Source: an uncultured Chloroflexia bacterium
Lineage (GTDB): Bacteria > Chloroflexota > Limnocylindria > Limnocylindrales > CSP1-4
NCBI GenBank assembly: GCA_963736895.1
Contig: CAVTQU010000008.1
Span: forward strand, 436,535-500,534
Reading direction: 5' to 3'
DNA: 64,000 nt
Shown: positions 60,923 to 64,000 of the stretch, piece after piece
Layout of the letters: each line of letters starts with the position of its first letter
How positions within the stretch are numbered: position 1 is the first letter of the stretch
Notes under the pieces: generated by a model
What the model was told of the DNA's origin: nothing
Seen by the model: only the letters and a program-made list of their open reading frames with translations
Database searches by the model: none
Program-made: the position numbers and the translations under genes

Positions 60923-61023
60923 GTGGCCCGTCGCTCGCCCGTCGCTAGACTGAATCCATGCCCGTCCGTGACCTGGAGTTGCGTTTTCTTCATGCCCCGC
61001 AAGCAGAAACGCCGGCTTCGAAG

Positions 61024-61049
61024 TGAACCGGCGGGGGGTGTTGGGCGAA
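61024..61049 (+). promoter_or_regulatory. ECF (SigK-type) autoregulatory, probably leaderless promoter
   Basis: TGAACC (61024-61029), 16 bp, CGAA (61046-61049); GTG start 7 nt downstream. Confidence 0.6.
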
Positions 61050-61056
61050 TGAAGCA

Positions 61057-61653
61057 GTGAGCGGCCACGCAGGAGTGGCTGCTGACGGTGCTGCCCAGGT
61101 AGGCACGTCCGACGAGGCGCTTCTCGAGCGTCTCGCAGCGGGTGTCGATGAGGACGCGCTGTCCGAGCTGTATGACCGCTATCAGGGTTCGATGTACGGA
61201 TTGGCGATGCGCATAACGGGTGACGCACAGATGGCCCAGGACGCTGTCCAGGAGGCCTTCGTCGGCATTTGGCGCAACGCCGCCCGCTATTCGGGCAGCA
61301 AGGCGTCGGTGCGCACCTGGATGATGTCCATCGCCCACCATCGCGCGATCGATCTCGTCAGGCGTCGTCGACCAACCTCGCCGCTCCCCGAGACGGAGAC
61401 CCAGGCTGTGGGCGAGGCGTTCAGGTCACCAGACGTGTGGCCTGAGGTTGCGCGAGCCGCAGACGCGGAAGCAGTTCGGCGAGCCATGTCCACCCTGCCC
61501 GACGCGCAGCGCGAGACCATCGAGCTGGCGTATTTCGAGGGCCTGACGCAGGTCGAGATCGCGGAACGAACGAATGCGCCCCTGGGGACCATCAAGAGCC
61601 GCGTCCGCCTTGGCCTGACTCAGATGCGGCGCATCCTCGAGGACACGGCATGA
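61057..61653 (+). CDS. ECF sigma factor, SigK-like
   Basis: ALSELYDRY, AQDAVQEAFVGIWRNA, HHRAIDLVRR, YFEGLTQ, PLGTIKSRVRLGL. Confidence 0.9.
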   Translation: MSGHAGVAADGAAQVGTSDEALLERLAAGVDEDALSELYDRYQGSMYGLAMRITGDAQMAQDAVQEAFVGIWRNAARYSGSKASVRTWMMSIAHHRAIDLVRRRRPTSPLPETETQAVGEAFRSPDVWPEVARAADAEAVRRAMSTLPDAQRETIELAYFEGLTQVEIAERTNAPLGTIKSRVRLGLTQMRRILEDTA

Positions 61654-62525
61654 CCGAGCCTTCGCTGACGCCACCGGGCGGAATCACATGCGAAGAGGTC
61701 ACCGAGCTTGCCGGCCTCTTCGTGCTGGACGCGCTCCAGCCGGATGAGCGAGCCGCTGTGGTGGCTCACCTCGAGACATGTCCTGAGGCGCACGAAGAGG
61801 TGCGCGCAATGGGCGGAGTGGCGCCGGCGCTGGCCTCGCTCGCCCAACCGGTCGATGCTCCGCCCGAGTTGAAGTCGCGCGTGATGGCCGCCTATGCCGC
61901 CGACGCAGCGGCGGGTCAGCTCGCTGCGCAGGGTGCTGCTCCGACCACCGTTACACATCCTGCGAAGATGCCGGGCCGCTACTCCACTGGCGAACGGATG
62001 AAGCCCGTGCCCGCCGCGACGCCGGCGGTCCCGTCAAGGGCTGCCTGGCGGGTGCCAGCTTGGGCGGGGTGGACGGCGGCCATCGCCGCGGTTCTAGTCC
62101 TGGCGGTTGTCGGCGTCTGGGCTCTCGGCCTTCAATCGCAGATTAACGACGCCAACCAGCGCGCCGCATTGCTGTCCGACGCCATCGCGGCTTATTCAGC
62201 GCCGGACTCCCAGACGGCGGTGCTCGACGACCCGAACTCATCCGCGGCGGGCTTCGCCGCTGTGACGGCCGACGGGACGGCCTATGTCGTACTGAGCGAC
62301 CTTCCGCCTGCGCCGTCGGGAAGTACCTACCAGGGCTGGTACATCGTCGACAACGCGCCGGTTTCCGCCGGCTTGGTCACCGTTGGGCCGGACGGCCTGA
62401 TGCTCATGACTGACTCGCAACCGGCATCTGGGACCTCGGCAATCGCGTTCACCGTCGAGCCGAGCGGTGGCTCCGAACAGCCGACCAGCCAGCCATTCGT
62501 CGTCGGCGAGCTTCAATCGGCCTGA
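61650..62525 (+). CDS. Anti-sigma factor, RskA-like
   Basis: LFVLDAL...HLETC, TM helix, C-terminal YQGWYI, SAGL, TVEPSGGSEQPT. Confidence 0.88.
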   Translation: MTEPSLTPPGGITCEEVTELAGLFVLDALQPDERAAVVAHLETCPEAHEEVRAMGGVAPALASLAQPVDAPPELKSRVMAAYAADAAAGQLAAQGAAPTTVTHPAKMPGRYSTGERMKPVPAATPAVPSRAAWRVPAWAGWTAAIAAVLVLAVVGVWALGLQSQINDANQRAALLSDAIAAYSAPDSQTAVLDDPNSSAAGFAAVTADGTAYVVLSDLPPAPSGSTYQGWYIVDNAPVSAGLVTVGPDGLMLMTDSQPASGTSAIAFTVEPSGGSEQPTSQPFVVGELQSA

Positions 62526-62526
62526 C

Positions 62527-63168
62527 GTGAGTGGCCTGTTCATCACACTCGAGGGGCCTGACGGCTCAGGCAAGAGCACCCAGCTCCGATTGTTGGGCGA
62601 TCTGTTGGCCGCTGAGGGCGTGCAACCGGTCAAGCTGACCCGTGAGCCCGGTGGGACGACGCTCAGTGAGCAGGTGCGCAAGGTTCTGATGGACTGGCAG
62701 GGCGAGCCCGATCCTTTGGTCGATGCCCTGCTCTTCAACGCCGCGCGACGTCAACACGTGACTGACGTCATCAAGCCCGCGCTGGAAGCTGGAGCGACGG
62801 TGGTCTGCGATCGATTCGGCGATTCGACCCTCGCCTACCAGGGCTACGGTTCAGGCGCGCCACTCGACCAATTGCGGACGATCATCGAAATTGCCACGGA
62901 CCGCCTGCGCCCGGCACGCACCATCCTCCTCGATATTCCTGTCGAGGTCGGACTGTCACGGCGACGCGGCGGCTCATTGGACGAGATGACGCGCTTCGAG
63001 ACAAACGACGACGCGCACGGCCCAGCTTTTCATCAGCGCGTTCGTGAGGGATATCTGGAGATGGCCGCGGCCGAACCCGAACGCTGGCGCGTCGTTGATG
63101 CTGGGCGCGAGCCGGACCAGGTTGCGGCGTCGGTGTGGGACGCCGTGCGCGACCTGTTCGAGTCCTAG
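62527..63168 (+). CDS. tmk: Thymidylate kinase
   Basis: FITLEGPDGSGKSTQ, TREPGGT, CDRFGDSTLAYQGYG, RVREGY. Confidence 0.96.
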   Translation: MSGLFITLEGPDGSGKSTQLRLLGDLLAAEGVQPVKLTREPGGTTLSEQVRKVLMDWQGEPDPLVDALLFNAARRQHVTDVIKPALEAGATVVCDRFGDSTLAYQGYGSGAPLDQLRTIIEIATDRLRPARTILLDIPVEVGLSRRRGGSLDEMTRFETNDDAHGPAFHQRVREGYLEMAAAEPERWRVVDAGREPDQVAASVWDAVRDLFES

Positions 63169-64000
63169 GAGCCGCTCCGGGCGACGATCGAGCCACGGCC
63201 GCGACGCTTCGCCTCGCCCAGCGCCGCTGTGGCGCCGGCAAGCAGCTCGTCGCTGGTAGCCCCGTCCTGTGGATAGACGACGGCACCGATGCTCAGGCTG
63301 ACCGGCTCACCACCCGCTTCCAGATTTGACAGGGCGTCACGAACGCGACGGCCGGCGACCTCGCCACCACCACCGGGCGCGATGAGCGCGAACTCGTCCG
63401 AGCCGTAGCGGGCGACGGTGTCCACGAGTCGAACCTGATCGGCCAGCGTTGCCGCCACGTGGCGCAGCACGTCGTCCGCGACCTGGGCACCGGCTCGCTC
63501 GTTGATCGCGGCGAACTCGTCGACATCGAATAGCAGGACGCTCAGCTGCGTCTCCTGGCGGGTTGCTCGGGCGATCTCCAGCTCGAGCATCCGCTCGAAT
63601 GTGACCCGGTTGGCGAGGCCCGTCAGCGCGTCGGTGTTGGCCAGCCGTCCGATCCAGTCGGCGCGTTCCTGGAGCGCGTTCTCGAGTCGGGCCTGACGGA
63701 TCGCGACCGCGCACAGGTCGGCCAGGGCGGTAAGCATGTTCTCCGGGCCCGCGACGTCGGGAACGCCGTCCGTGAAGGAGGCGAGCAGAACTCCCTCCGC
63801 GTCCTCACCGCCGGCGTCGTCGGAGGCGATCAGCGGCAGAGCAATCTGGCCTTCGGCTTCGGTCTGGTCGGCAATCGCGCGGGATTCGCCGCTGCCACCG
63901 GTCGCCATCCGGCGCTCGCGGACGACCTGCGCGACGAGCTCGGTGGGGTCATCGGCCGAGACCACTCCGTCGGCGGCCAGCTGGGCCGCGTCCAGACCGG
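63165..64000 (-). CDS. GGDEF-domain protein with upstream GAF-like region (5' partial)
   Basis: TDALTGLANR, DVDEFAAIN, RLVD, ARYGSDEF, SLSIG. Confidence 0.88.
   Translation of the reverse strand, partial: GLDAAQLAADGVVSADDPTELVAQVVRERRMATGGSGESRAIADQTEAEGQIALPLIASDDAGGEDAEGVLLASFTDGVPDVAGPENMLTALADLCAVAIRQARLENALQERADWIGRLANTDALTGLANRVTFERMLELEIARATRQETQLSVLLFDVDEFAAINERAGAQVADDVLRHVAATLADQVRLVDTVARYGSDEFALIAPGGGGEVAGRRVRDALSNLEAGGEPVSLSIGAVVYPQDGATSDELLAGATAALGEAKRRGRGSIVARSGS

Overview
A high-GC, gene-dense, mostly chromosomal 64 kb window. The gene set and leaderless promoters suggest a Gram-positive-like lineage, possibly Chloroflexota, but this is inference only. Core content: galU, PASTA kinase pknB, folC-folP-folB, an HtrA/two-component module, rplY, mscL, tRNA-Thr(CGT), a long tightly coupled minus-strand operon (HNH, cca, TPR, galE, ligase-like, GNAT, Ggs-like glucosyltransferase, USP-GpgS, glycerate kinase, nth, DUF885), leucine-catabolism genes in liuB-C-D-E order interrupted by accessory genes, three ECF sigma/anti-sigma pairs, pdxS-pdxT, a Ycf45-like AAA-R3H protein, DUF4331-TPR-NicO, tmk and a partial GGDEF gene. 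Many genes are split by single-base frameshifts (worst at about 15.8-19.7, 32-37.4 and 53.5-60.3 kb), most plausibly assembly indels, so those coordinates are reconstructions. No integrase, transposase, CRISPR array or rRNA was seen. Strongest novelty candidates: (1) a methylcrotonyl-CoA carboxylase alpha subunit fused to an N-terminal Xis/BldC-like HTH, whose own leaderless promoter is overlapped by three 9-bp-period direct repeats (possible self-repressing enzyme-regulator); (2) a ligase-fold protein lacking its catalytic residues inside a glucosylglycerate operon; (3) a SigK/RskA pair with matching divergent promoters driving DUF4331-TPR-NicO; (4) a promoter- and terminator-bounded candidate sRNA with anti-Shine-Dalgarno-like loops; (5) an endonuclease III with His replacing one Fe-S Cys ligand.
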